Part shown: piece by piece, positions 35,280 to 49,100 of the stretch
Position numbering within the stretch: position 1 is the stretch's first letter
Layout: each line of letters starts with the position of its first letter
Assembly: GCA_002269645.1 (NCBI GenBank)
Contig: NIVC01002473.1
Span: 62,001 to 126,000 of the forward strand
DNA length: 64,000 bases
Source of the DNA: Macrostomum lignano
Taxonomy: Eukaryota
Direction: 5' to 3'
Made by a program: the position numbers and the translations under genes
The notes under the pieces: model-generated
Told to the model about the DNA's origin: nothing
The model's input: the letters and a program-made list of their open reading frames with translations, nothing else
Databases searched by the model: none

Positions 35280-35830
35280 ATCAAATTGTCAAGGGCCAAG
35301 CATCACAGACGACATGACACAGCGCAGGGCGCTTGCCTAGGGCGCCTTCCACACCGTGCGGACTGTCCTGCAGTGCCCCAGGCTGCCGTATCGGCTGAGA
35401 GGGCGGCTTTTCCAGGCAGTCATAGAAACCGCGTCCTTCTTTTCAATGCTGAATTGTGGACACTGACCGGCCCGCAGGAGCGCGGCAACTCAACGCCGCT
35501 CAGGCTGCACTTCTGCGAGCCACTTTCGGTGTCCACTAATTGCCGACCGCCACCACCAACACCAGCAATGACGAGCTATTCCGTCGGGCCCAGCTCTGCC
35601 GACCCATGCAGCCAGCTGCTGCGCATCCGGCGCCTACAGCTTGTTGGCCACGTCATCCGAGCAGAGCAGTACTGCATGCTCTGAGCCGCTGCAGGATGTA
35701 CTGCTGCTATCCCTTTAAGTGCCGCGGCGGCTTGGTTCAGCGAGAAGTCAGCGTTTTTTCGACCTGCTTCTAAGAGAAGCTGAGATTTCTGACACTCGCG
35801 GTCTCGCTGCTCTACGCAAATCTGCGCTTG
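35280..35830 (+). mobile_element. Degenerate RTE-clade LINE 3' fragment
   Basis: VLLFNAELWTL and LLRIRRLQLVGHVIR resemble RTE post-RT motifs; frameshifted. Confidence 0.65.
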
Positions 35831-36334
35831 CGCGCGCTTTTTGACAGCAACTTGTCAATTGTTGACAAGGGATGAGTCGCTAGTAAAACCGCCAGCGACG
35901 GATAGACAGGGTGAACCAAAAGTGGCTGCAAGCAGAGAACAAAGAGCCCGTGAGGCAGGTAGGAGGCAGACAGCGCAGTGCAAGGGAGGCGGGCAGGGGC
36001 TGCATACAAGCACCACGCAGGGCAGACGGGCAGACAGGCAGAAAAGGCCCAGCGGCAGGCGACATGGCAAGAACGAGGGCATGAGAGGCTGCTGACTAGA
36101 GTAGACACCTAAAAGATAATCCAGTCGCTTACTACATTAGACATGGTCAACCGGTCTGAAAGTAATCTTAATAGTACCAGTAAAAGAGTTTACATTTCCA
36201 ACTTCTAAAAACTTAGAAATTAAAAAACTCGACCGAATCTGTCGTTTCAATTTTTAAAAGAAGCTTTCGAGGTGGGAATTATTATTCGTAGAAGCCACGC
36301 TAAAATATCGACATTTGAATCTTTCTGCAATGAT

Positions 36335-36520
36335 CTGCTTGTCGTCCGTGCAGCAATCCAAAGTCGATGACAAATATGCACTTTTACATTACACCGATGT
36401 TAAGACGACGACTAACGTCGTTATCCGTCGATGTAACGTAAAAGTACACTTTTGTCATCGACGTCAATAGAGGTCGGTAACGTCGGACAGACGTAAGTGC
36501 ATGACTAAGATGATCAAGCA
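36335..36520. repeat. Long imperfect inverted repeat (hairpin MITE or pre-miRNA-like)
   Basis: gtcgatgacaaa / tttgtcatcgac and acttttacattacaccga / tcgatgtaacgtaaaagt arms. Confidence 0.65.
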
Positions 36521-37045
36521 GAAAAATTTCTCAATTGTCAATTATCGTCGGCCAATGTTCGCGTCCTCTACAAACATTTTTAATCACTAGCAGAAAAAAA
36601 TTCAAGAAAAAACTGTGATGCAACCGTCAGAAAAAGATATGTGGAAAGTCTTGACAATACCTTGCCATTAAACGAAAGTCGCTGATGAGGACGCTAAGCA
36701 AAATTATTGAAAAATAACTTCTGCAACATATTTTCATTGAAGCAGCCTAAGAAAAGCCTTGCATCGAGAGCATTCGGGATCATTATTTGCGCAGCAATTT
36801 TTAAAGGAATTTCAAGAGAAGTAAAAAATGAAAGAAAGAAGCAAGAAGTCACTTTATTAAGCGATTTGACTAGAAAATATTCGATCAAAATGCTTGCTTA
36901 AATTTCTCTGTATCTATAAAAATTCCGTTTCTAAAAAGTTAAAAAAAATTCTAGAAACTTTGTTTTTTCAAAATCTTTAGGAAAAGCTTTTTGACTCAGA
37001 AGAAGAAATCTCGAAGCCACTCCTTATTCTAAATTAGTAAATCGA

Positions 37046-37118
37046 ATGACGAAATTGCTTGGGTCGCTTCTCGTTGCTGTGGCCCTTGCGGTCTACGGTA
37101 ATGAACGAACTTATGCTG
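37046..37118 (+). CDS. Signal-peptide exon MTKLLGSLLVAVALAVYGNERTYA
   Basis: ATG at 37046, hydrophobic core, G then GTGAGT donor (phase 1) matching the downstream domain exons. Confidence 0.75.
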
Positions 37119-40100
37119 GTGAGTATCTTAATATAGAATTACCTCAGCTACGTTTCAAGAGTACGTCAGTCACAATGCTCTCTTTTCTTTTATTAGTAAA
37201 GGTTGTAAAGCTAAGCTGAAATAGAAATATCGATAAGTAAAAAAGTAAAGCTTCCTTTACTTGAATTTGACTTTAAAAGTCTTTAGTCGGTTGAATGAGA
37301 AGCCAAGGGCGAACGACGCGCAGAAATGCAAAAGCCCCCGTTCTGACTCTAACTTGGGAGCTGAAATTTTAAGTAGTGCGGCCCAAAGGCTTGCGCTCTG
37401 ATACCTTCCCCTCTGTGGCGCCGCTCGTGGCTTTATTGTTGTTGTTGTTGTCAATGTTATTGTGGCCGTTGCTGTTATTGTTGTCAATGTTGTTGTGGTT
37501 GCCGTTGTTGACTTCGGATGGCGACTCCTTAGGCTGAGACCCAGTTAAGGGCACCGAGGAGTCGCACCACCAGCACTACCAGATAGAACCTCGCCTCCGC
37601 AGCGACGGCAGATTTCAGAGTCCGAAAGGCCGATGCGCTTCTTGTAGTAGGCATAGGGGGGCGATAAGAACCTGCTGGTGGCGTGTGTCGCCGGTGAAGG
37701 TGATCGGACTGGCATAGACGTCGTTGAGGTGCGGCCTGTAGGCTATGGAGCGCTGGAGAAATCTCCTGGCAGTCAACGGCAACGTGTTGTTGCGGCAGGT
37801 CGGCGTCTTTCTTGGCTTCCCTATCCACGAGCCGAACGAGGTCCCTGAGTTGCTCGAGGAGAAATTTGGTCGTGGGTCGGTCAGCCTGGAGTGCTCGAAT
37901 AGCAGACTGACTGTCAGTGATAGTGGCAGCGGTGGGTGGGCACGTGTTGATGATGTCCTCGAGAGCAAGGCTGAGAGCCCGGAGCTCAGTCTCAAATGAG
38001 CTGCACCACCTTTCTGCTGCCGTCATACCAGAGAAAACCACAACTTGCTCGATGTCTTTAAAGTAGCGAAGTAGCAGGTCACTCGCAGCCGCTTCTTTCA
38101 GGTAGCATCGGAGAAGCTCCGGGAAGAGGTGCAAGCGATCTGAGTTAGTCAGGAACTCCCACGGAGGGGGACGGACCTAGGGATTTTGTAGGCGTCGCAT
38201 CGGTAGGCGTTGGTTGAGCACGGAGCGGGCTTGCTCTCGGGGGCCCTTGTTGGCTTTGAGCTGCGGTACCGATCGGCGCTAGCAGAGCTCTCTCCATGGG
38301 TCGCCAGTTGGCTTTCTAAGGGCCTTCTCCACTGCGATGAGGGCTTTCCGCTTGGCTTCGACGCTGACTGCTGGTATACACAGAGACTCGCGATAAACCA
38401 CCTCCAACTTTGGGAGAGCAGAGATGAGACGGAGTGCTTCTCTTTGGACACGATCGATTTCTTGAAACTCGGAGTTGAACAATCTGGACATCCAGGCGGC
38501 GGCCGTGAGAAAAGCTCGGCGGGAAAACCTTCAGCGTGGAAACCTCGCTGTGGGAAAAGCTGTGGGAAGTAGTTGTTGCCGTTGTTGCCGTTTTTGTTGT
38601 TGCCGTTGCCCTTATTGTTGTTATTGTTGCTGTTGTTGTTGTTGTTGTTATTGTTGTTGTTGTTGTTGCCGTTGTTGTTGTTGTTTGCGGAAGGTGGTCT
38701 AGGGCTGCCTATGCAGGCAGTCTAAGAACCTAGCCACCAGATCGCCATCGGCCAAGTCCTCCAGCTGGTGAAGGTCCGTCGCGTGCCGAGCTCCGGCCAG
38801 GGCCGGACATTCGAGGAAGTGGTCCTTGTCTTCTAAGAGGTCGCACCGGAGGCATCTGCTATCTGTTGTTGCCGTTGCTGTTATTGTAGTTGTTGTTGCT
38901 GTTTTTGTTATTGCTGTCATTGTTGCCGTTGTTGTCGTTGTTCTTTTTGTTGTTGCTTTCGTTGTTGTTGCTGTTTAGATCATATTATCCTACTATTTGC
39001 TGATTTCTTCCCGCTTATTCCTATGCAGAGTCTCATCATAAAAAATTGCAGTAGACAGCGGACGCCAAAGTTGCAAATCTTGCCAGGCCTACTAGAGGCC
39101 GGTTTTTGGTTTAAATGCATAACTGGCTTAGGCAGTTTTTAAGTGCTTTAGCACTAAATTTACAATAAATCACATTCTTGACTTTTAGATTCTAGCGTAT
39201 TGAAGTACCCTCTCCGAGATTGCTACCACAAGCTATAGGAGTAATCCCGTTGGCTACTGTAATCAGAGTAACAGGCGCAGGATGGCTTCTACGGGTGAAC
39301 CAAATAGTCTTAAAAATCACTCAAAGACTTCCCGTCACCGGAGAAATCCACAATAGTTCTTCTTGGAAATGCGAGCGTACACAAAACAGGCAAAAGCAGC
39401 AGAAATTTTGCCAAAACTTAGCATCCTCACCGGTATCAGGTAGTATTTCATGAAAAAAAACAATTTACCGAACGTAAGAACGCACTTACAAAAGACATAC
39501 TTGCTTCACCTGGAATTAAAAAGTTATTAAGAAGCTGCGATATTGGGGAATCTTAACTAACAAACTGGAAGAGTCAAATTATTTGCTGAAAAATTTTTCT
39601 GAAAAAACGGCCGCTAGAAAAAATATCTGAAATTTCAACTGCCACTCTCAACCCATGCAGAAAAACTCAAGTTCGTCAGCTGCAGCCAGGGCTCGAACTG
39701 GGATGGCACAAATCACTTGTGCAACAAGGCTTATGATGGCAAACTGGATACAGATACAGGGGGTCTATTAAACTGCGCTCACACGGGCAACGAAAACACC
39801 TGGTGGAAGGCGAAATCCGAGCATTTCGTCCGGTTTCAGCGCGTCCGCATCTTCAACCGCGCGACTCTGAGGGAGAGACTGACCGACTTCGAAGTGATTA
39901 TCATCGATGAGAATAAGGTGTGCAATCGGTACAAGAATTCGGAGCAATTCGCCTACAAGACTCTGCCATGCGTCGGATACGGACAGGAGATCATGGTGAA
40001 AAGTCGCCTGCCTCAGCTGACGATCTGCGAGGTCGAGGCTTTCGGAAAACCGATACGTGAGTCCGTCTTTGTTTCACTTTTTGTTAAAGAGGTGAAGTCA

Positions 40101-43100
40101 TGCAAATAGTAAATATAAATATGGTAAATAACAAAGTTGTGTTCAAAGGCTGAAAATGAGAACCTAGTTTGAGTAATAGGTTAACGATTACGTAAATGTT
40201 TCTGATTTTCTTAGAAACACGAAAGGAAATTTTAATATCATTTTTCGCTTTTCGTAATCGGCAATTAATCTTGTTTTTTGTCACTGACTTTTAGAGTTTT
40301 TACTACTTCTAGTTCATTGCCAAAAAGTTGTTAATTACTTTAATTTCATTTATCAACTTGCACTTGCCTTGTCAAGTCTCAGTTTGACACTGATGTCTGT
40401 GACAATGGATTGCTAATAAAAACAAATTATTAGCAATAGCATTATTAGCTTATTTATTTAAAACTTGTGAGTCAAAAATGTGCAAAAACACATAAATCCG
40501 TGTGAAACAGAAGTTTATAGTAAATATATTAATTATTTAGCGCATTTCAAAACTAGCGGCGCTAATTGCGCTAAATTTCAATGTAGAACCAGCTAGCATA
40601 CGAGTACAATCCGTCACAAACATTTCATTCTGACGCGGAAATGTTATGACTCACGGTGAGAGCTACTGAGATTTCAAAGCTCACGGGGAGCTTGTTGAGA
40701 TTCCATTGTGTTAGGTGTTGCATCGCTCAATTACTTCATGAGGCAAGGTTTTGTCGCAGGTGATGACTTGCAACGCCCATTCAAGCTTACCAATGAGCTG
40801 CTTGAGCACCCACTGACTCAAGCTGACCTTGACCGCCTTCTCCAAAATCAGCTGAATTAGCTTCCTCGCTTTGTCCCCGGGCAGCTCTTTGATTCCTTGC
40901 ACAATGTCGAACTCAATGCCTAGAGATGACATCCGTGCCAAAATTAGATGAGTCAGCATTATAAAAGCAAGTGACTGAAGCCGCCGCACCATAGGGAATT
41001 TAATTATCACGTTAAATGAACCACAAAACTTGAACTTAAGCCAGTGTTGACAAAGTAATCAGGATGCACGCCACAAGAGCCGTATGCTTAGCTCAGGTCA
41101 ACCTTTGGTCTCGAAGCAGCCTTTTGTCAGCTTCCGCGCAAATTTTTCGACACACGAGAACCGCAGATTCTCCTTGCTCTCCAATCTTGAATTCACCCAT
41201 GCGCAATCGATTAAATGCAACTACAGTCATGGATCGGTGCACACGACTGTCCAAGTCTCCACGAGCGCAGATCATCCGCGACCACCACCCGTCCGTCACT
41301 CCGTCACTCCGTCCTTCCGCGCGTCCGGCCGCAATCCAGTTAAATTTCTTTTAAAATATGCAACTCAACCACGTCATAGTTCATTTAAGACGGCTGGTAG
41401 CTGCTGACCTCAACTGCCCTCAGCAAAGCTGACTGAACGTTATGCGAAAACCTTCAGCAAAGTCATCCAGAATGAACTTCTTTCTCGCAGGCGTGAAGTC
41501 ATCGAGCTCCAAAGCATCTACCGGTATGCTTAAATACAGCCGCAAATTTTTCAATAAGAATGGGGAATTTAAAACAGATTCCGCACTTTAGTCAAAGCAG
41601 TGACCGGCTAGCCTCTGCACTTTTATCCCTCTGCGTCAGCACTTTGGAGACAGGCCGTTGCATCTGCGCCATCAGGTACGTGGCAACCCGTCTTCGATCA
41701 GATCTGCGCTCATGATCAAACCTCTTGACACGAGCTCTGTCGAATCGGAGGTCAAACAGCTCGCCAATGCGCATCGCACTGTGTAGCGCAGGTGGTAAGG
41801 CAGCTCCGAGACATCTAACAGGACATCTGGACCACTCCTTATTAGACTTCCGTCATCTAGCAACTTCAGAAGAAACATAACATTCGCATAGATCCAGTCT
41901 CCACACGCTAGCGAATCAACAGCAACCTCATTCATTTTCAACTCTGCTTAATGTCACCTGACTGGGTAACTCCTGCGAATTGCTGCTTCGGCTATTTGAT
42001 GCAATCCGCAGATTCGTTGCACTTTGCCGACCTCTACAGTGGGCTCTTGCAGCACAGCATCCGCATTATCTGAGCACAGGTTTGCCTGCTACCTGATGTC
42101 GCCGCAAAGGCTGAGGATCAGTTGGGTGTTCTTTCCTTTTTGATGGTAGCTTCTGATTCTGTCGTCTCCAGCTTTTATTTCTGCAATCAGAGTGATTTGC
42201 CAGTTTTCTGTCAATATCCTGTCGACTTGCTACCTCGGGAAGCTGAGACATGGCTGACAAGCTACAAATCGAGTCCAATACCAGGAGCGACTCTTTTAAA
42301 ATACGCTATCAGACGCTAAAGAAGTTCTGTTTTGTTCACTTGCGCTGAAATTCAAGTACTAGTAGTTTCTCACGTAGCGCATTTACGGTGCGAAGCACAT
42401 CCGTCAGAGCTACATTTGTCTGAGTTAGCGGTGTTCAGCAATAATAAGAATAATTGTACCATTTTGTCTACGATTTTCGGCTGTAAGCCTGTCGGAAACA
42501 TTTCAATTGTTTGCTGGCTGTTTTAGATTGTTGCTGGAAAATTAACAAAGGAATTTGGCTATAGAAAAAATCAAAACATGACAACGACACAAAACAACAA
42601 AAACTACTAAGCAGTAGTTTTTTTCTCTGTTACAACAAGGACAACTGAAGTTACGTTATATATAGGACGCGACACTCAGCTTTCGTGGAAATTTTTTTGG
42701 AGGCCCATAAGCCGTATAAAGTTCTACGTACATAAGCCAAGGATTCGACCGCTACAAATAGCTAGAGCACAGGACTGTGTGTGTTGTAATAAACCATTCA
42801 GGTTTTCATTTCTTACTAAACTTGATAAGCTGACTTCACCTATTAATTAAAATAATTATATCACGTTCCCTTAATGGCCAATAACAATATGCATTTTTTA
42901 ATTTGGATTTGTGAAATAGCTACTGGTTTTCTTGTTTTCTTTTTTGCTGACAAACATGGTTTCTTTATATCACAATTGTCAACAAGAGACCATGTTTACA
43001 AAGCAATTTTTTTATAGTTATTATAGCTCTAGGTTGCAAATACCATTGCATCTAAAATTAAATTTTAATTTCTGAAAAATAACATATAGAACATCATATT

Positions 43101-46100
43101 TGATATGAAAAAATGGTCTAGGAATCTTCCATCATGAAAGCTTGGCTTGTTTATAGTTGACTGGGTGTGTTCTCCTATTATATTCTAATATAAGTCAAGA
43201 AAATAGTGACAATTTTTCCAAAGTCACTTTTTGCCTTTTTGGGTTTCTCAAATTTTACACTCTAGAAATTGACATTAAAATAAAAGCCGACAGTGATTTG
43301 GCATTTGACAGTGATATTTTCTATAATACATAAACTGTTTTATTTTACAATTGCTTAATGAGATTATTAGTTTACAAACTAAAAACTCGTTTTCGCTATT
43401 GAGTATTGACTAGGAATTGTGACAGACTGACAAATTTCTAAAGAAAATTTGGCGTATTTTACACAAAATTGCACGAAATTGGGTTGTTTTCACTGTACTT
43501 AACTGTACGCTGCTTATAAATGTAGTCTACTATTTTATCACTGACATTTTAACGAAAAACAAAATTCTGGACCTAACGCCGAAAGAATTAGCTTTCTACG
43601 TGCAACTAGTCGAGAATTACATGTATGTTAAGACCAGGCCTCCAATAAAAATTACACGATACGCGAGTGTAGTCACAGTACGGTACAAGAAAAGGAAGAA
43701 TGCAGATGAACACGAACCGAATAGATTTAGAGAGTGATAATCCTATATCCTATATACTAAAAATGGTCTGTCTGTGTCTATCTATCTATCTATCTATGTG
43801 ATCGATTAGAGAAAAAATGGCTGGACCGATTTTGTTCGAACTTGCACTGTTCGATTAGAAATTTTCCCTTGACTGTACATGCATCGTGGCTAAGAAATTG
43901 CTTGATGCTAAAGCGATTAAATATTCGAAAAACATGCTTTTTTGCAAAGGTCAAGCAAACTTTTCGACTTGAAATGCATTGTAAGAATGCTAGAGAAAAA
44001 ACTGACTGGTTGAATTCTGATTCTGAAATAGATTGCATCATAACTGAATTGTAACTCCGACTTGAATTGAAAATGCAGTGTGGAAGCGTAGCACCAGACT
44101 TGATTTAAATTGCGTAACCATATTGTTAACTGATACTGACTGACTGAGAAACTGATTATGTCATAACTGCTTCGTGTGATTTACTCTATGCTTGGATTTT
44201 AAAGTGTTGAATTATATAAGTGCAAAATTTGATGTTATCAAAACGATGAGAGCTAGCCTAGAGGTGAACAAACTGAACTGCTAAATGCAGCGACGATGAT
44301 TCGAATTTTCATAGAGTATAATTTTTTTAATTAAAGCTTTTCAACGTCAGGAAAACTAAAAGACTTTTTAAAAAGAAGCGTCATGTAATGAATCATAGAA
44401 GCGTCATGTAAAAAATCATAGAAGCGTCATGTAAACAATCATAGAAGCGTCATGTAATAAATCATAGAAGCGTCATGTAAACAATCATAGAAGCGTCATG
44501 TAAACAATCGTAGAAGCGTCATGTAAAAAATCATAAAAGCGTCATTTTAAAAAATGATAGAAGCGTCATGTAATGAATCATAGAAGCGTCATGTAAAAAA
44601 TCATAGAAGCGTCATGTAAAAAATCATAGAAGCGTCATGTAAAAATCATAGAAGCGTCATGTAAACAATCATAGAAGCGTCATATAAACAATCATAGAAG
44701 CGTCATATAAACAATCATAGAAGCGTCATGTAAAAAATCATAGAAGCGTCATCTAAAAATCATAGAAGCGTCATGTAATGAGTCATAGAAGCGTCATGTA
44801 AAAAATCATAAAAGCGTCATGTAAAAAAATCGTAGAAGCGTCATATAAAAATCATAGAAGCGTCATGTAAACAATCATAGAAGCGTCATGTAAAAATCAT
44901 AAAAGCGTCATGTAAACAATCATAGAAGCGTCATGTAAAAAATCATAGAAGCGTCATGTAAACAATCATAAAAGCGTCATGTAAAAAATCATAGAAGCGT
45001 CATGTAAACAATCATAGAAGCGTCATGTAAACAATCATAGAAGCGTCATGTAATAAATCATAGAAGCGTCATGTAAACAATCATAGAAGCGTCATGTAAA
45101 CAATCATAGAAGCGTCATGTAAAAATCATAGAAGCGTCATGTAAACAATCATAGAAGCGTCATGTAAACAATCATAGAAGCGTCATGTAATAAATCATAG
45201 AAGCGTCATGTAAACAATCATAGAAGCGTCATGTAAACAATCATAGAAGCGTCATGTAAAAATCATAGAAGCGTCATGTAAACAATCATAAAAGTGTCAT
45301 GTAAACAATCATAGAAGCGTCATTTAAAAAATCATAGAAGCGTCATATAAACAATCATAGAAGCGTCATGTAAAAAATCATAGAAGCGTCATTTAAAAAA
45401 TCATAGAAGCGTCTCATAACTGAGATTACGGGGGGGTTTCTGAGATGTCAAAGCAAAAGTCAGAAGCTAATTCAAAGTTCATGTACTTTACTCAATTTTT
45501 TATTGCATTCTTTGTTGGCTCGCCACGGGGGGCACTGATAGAAGAAGAGTCATGTAAAAAATAAAAGTAGCACTATGTATACATAAAAGAAAAGTCATGT
45601 CGAAGTTAAAAGATTCATTTGGGAATTGCTACGATGTCAAAGCTAGGTGGAAATCGTTATAGTGCTGTGATTCTTAAAGAAGGAATCACTAAAATGTCAA
45701 GGCTTAGGGGAGAAGAATTGCTGAGATTTCAAGGCTTTATGTTGGGTTAAAGTTAGGTTTAGGTCAGGTGTGGGTTGAGGGTTACATTTTATCAGGTTTC
45801 AAGGTTAGCAGGGGATTTTTCAGATTTCAAGGTTTATGGGCGCCATCGCTGACATGTCAAGGCTTACGGGGGGAATAGCTGAGATGTCAAGGCTCACGGG
45901 GGTATAAATGAGATTTCAAGGCTAAAGTCAGAAGCTACATGTAGTTTATTGAAAACTTTTTATTACATTATTTGATGCCTCCTCAGGGGAGGGATCGCTG
46001 ATTAAAAAAGCGTAATGTAAAAAAATAAAAGAAGCTTCATGTCGAAGTTAAGAGATTCATTTGGGAATCCCTACGATGTCGAGGCTTGCAGGGAATCGCT

Positions 46101-49100
46101 ATAATGCTGTAGTAGTGCTATAATGACTCTTAGAGAGAATTACTGAAATTTCAATGCTTTAGGGTTAGGTTAGGGTTAGGGTTAGGGTTAGGGTTAGGGT
46201 TAGGGGTTAGGCTAGGGTTAGGGTTAGAAGGTTGACAGATATTTTTAGATTTCCAAGGCTTATTGAGGGCATTGCTGAGATGTCAAGGGGGGAAGTTGAT
46301 ATGTTAAAGCTTGTAGGGGGGGGGGAATTACTGACATGTCAAGGGTTACAAGGTTTGACAGGAGATTTTTTAAGATTTCAAGGATACATGTAGCTTATTA
46401 AAAAAATATGTATTGCATTTCTTTGGCTCCCCAACGGGGGGCGTAGATTGCTAGTGATACAGACTGATAATTGGCTAGACGATTTAATTTGATTACTTCA
46501 AGTTACAAGCTTCAATGCAATTGGCGGCGCAGATAATTTCGAACTGATAATAGCGGAAAATGATATCGAGACAAACGATTAATAATAACTTAGTTACGCA
46601 ATGGCAAGCAGATCTCAGCTTGAAGAAGAAAAACCGAACACGACCAACGGAGAAGACTCCTAACCCCTGGCCTAAACCAGAACCTACACTCAAACGAGAG
46701 CCCTGCCGAATTGACCGTTCAACGGAGCACTGACTAAATTCTATCAGCACTGCCCTTCAGTGTGACACTGATCGAGGCCCTCTGGGTCGAGGCCACGTAC
46801 TTGGTCAAATCCGACAGTCTCTATCTAACCGCGCTTGATAGCGACGACTTCAGACAGGAATCTGCCGTATACGTTACGCTACAAGACTGAAGCGGTCGGG
46901 CAGGGGACAAAAATATGGACCGGGGGTGATGAACTCAAGCGCCTCAAAGCGCGAACCAAAACAATGGCAAGCGGCCGGAAAGCCGGGACAAAAATCAAAA
47001 CCGGGGACGGAAAAACAGAAGTGAGATCTGATTGCCAAACACACTTTCATATATAGTCAGAGTCAAACCCTCACAACCCCCCTCAAGCCGGGTGGTGGTC
47101 GTCTGGCCGGCCGCTCGCTAAGCCGATTTGCACTGAAGACACTCACTTAGACTTTGCGTGGCTTACACTGTTCGTAAGTCGTATCTGAAACGAAAAGTTG
47201 CATGTCTATGGTCATAAATCTGCAAATATCTTTACTTTAGTCTATCGTAAGTTGCTTTCGAGAAAGACTCACCTTCGATAAAGTTTAACTTGACTTGGCT
47301 TGACTAAAGCTTCACCACGTACTATGCGATTAGTGCTTAAGTGCGTCTTACGACTGATACCGAGCTGTCGTAGGGTTAAGAATCAAGATCAACCTTACGA
47401 AAGACCATAGACATACGAACGCTTCGAGAAACAGTCTTTTGCGCAAAGTTGCGAACTCGTAAAGTTGCGATCAATCTTACGCATAGCTAACTTGCGAGCC
47501 CTTCGAGCAACCCGTAAGTGTAGCTTACCCAACTTACGTCTATGGTCGATTGTAAGTTGCTTTCGAGAAAGACCCCCCTGAAAAATGCAGTTTTACTAGA
47601 GATTAACTGCCAAAAAACCGCTCAACTTGTTAATAGTGTTTACTAGCAGCAGTGACTATCCATTCGCAGTAAACGTGCTATTTTAGCATATACGAGTAGA
47701 CATACACACCCATACAAAGTTTCTGATTGGTCCGTCGAACAGCTATTCATACCGTAAATATATTTGTGTTTCGGTGTACATCTGAAATTTCAACTGCCAC
47801 TCTCCATTCAATGCAGCAAAATTCAAATTCGTCAGCTGCAGCCAGGGCTCGAACCAGGATGACACAAATTACATGTGCAACAAGGCTTATGATGGCAAAC
47901 TGGATTCAGATATAGGGTATCTATTAAACTGCGCTCACACGGGCAAACAAAACACCTGGTGGAAGGCGAAGACTGATAATCCCATGCTCTTCATGTACGT
48001 CAAAATCTACAACCGCGACATGCTGAGGGAGAGACTGACAGACTTCGAAGTGATCATCGACGATAAGAATGTGTGCAATCGGTACAAAGATTCGACACAA
48101 TTCGCCTATAAGACTCTGAAATGCGACGGATACGGACATGAGATCATGGTGAAAAGTTACCTGCCTCAGCTGACGATCTGCGAGTTCGAGGCTTACGGAA
48201 AACCTTTGCGTGAGTTCGACTTTGTTTTAGCTATTATAGAAAAAAGGAATAGTCGATGTAGTAACAAATATTTATGACTATTTATGTAAAGTCTACGCTT
48301 GCGCGCGGAAAATGGTGGCCACTGTTTTGCCTTGTCTACTCAATATATTTGGTCAGTTGACAGTGCAAGTGGGGGTGATGTGTGTGCTTGATCGTGACTT
48401 GGTCGGATCGAAAATTACACGATACGCGAGTGTTGCGTCCTACTCACGTATCGTGTAATTTTTATTGGAGGCCTGGTCTTCACATACATGTAATTTTCGA
48501 CTAGTTGCACGTAGAAAGCTGATTCTTTCGGTGTTAGGTCCAGAATTTTGTTTTTCGTTAAAATGTCAGTGATAAAATAGTAGACTACATTTATAAGCAG
48601 CGTACAGTTAAGTACAGTGAAAACAACCCAATTTCGTGCATTTTTGTGTAAAATACGCCAAATTTTCTTTAGAAATTTGTCAGTCTGTCACAATTCCTAG
48701 TCAATACTCAATAGCGAAAACGAGTTTTTAGTTTGTAAACTAATAATCTCATTAAGCAAGTGTAAAATAAAACAGTTTATGTATTATAGAAAATATCACT
48801 GTCAAATGCCATTGGTTTATTTATTACGAGTATCAAAAAAGTTAATAAATTTGTGGCCTGCGTTAGAGTGAGACAAAACGGAAAACAAACTCGACAAAGC
48901 ATCTGCGACGAAGCAGAAATTTACCCGAAGGACCAGGACCTGGATCTGGATCCTGACCTAGATTTGGCTTTTTTTCAACACTAAAACTGAGCAGCCCTGA
49001 GCAGCAAAACTGTTCCAAAAATCCACAGGTTTAGTCAAAATTTAAGTGATGGCTGATTCAAAAACAAACACAAACATCCGAGCCAATCGAGTTGAGCAAC

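Larger units (their letters stand above)
43748..46454 (+). mobile_element. Complete non-autonomous Helitron (2.7 kb)
   Basis: 5' TC, 3' hairpin GCTCCCC-AAC-GGGGGGC then CTAG, inserted between A and T with no TSD. The empty site (cctata/tgatac) is present at 51349 in block B. Confidence 0.93.
43671..48408 (+). other. Segmental duplicate (block A) of 51274-58348 (block B) containing a lectin exon
   Basis: 43671-43747=51274-51350; 46455-46592=51351-51485; 46590-47128=54740-55288; 47134-48408=57076-58348. Only a handful of substitutions seen. Confidence 0.92.

Noticed and set aside
37119-39660. Dscam-like docking site complementary to the conserved intronic motif
   Set aside because: No convincing complementary stretch found by eye.
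46158-46226. A true telomere or chromosome-fusion scar
   Set aside because: Short, single orientation, and enclosed within a complete Helitron.
43671-48408. Duplication as a pure assembly artefact
   Set aside because: The copies differ by clean, mechanism-consistent insertions with reciprocal empty sites and by substitutions. Read-level confirmation is still advisable.
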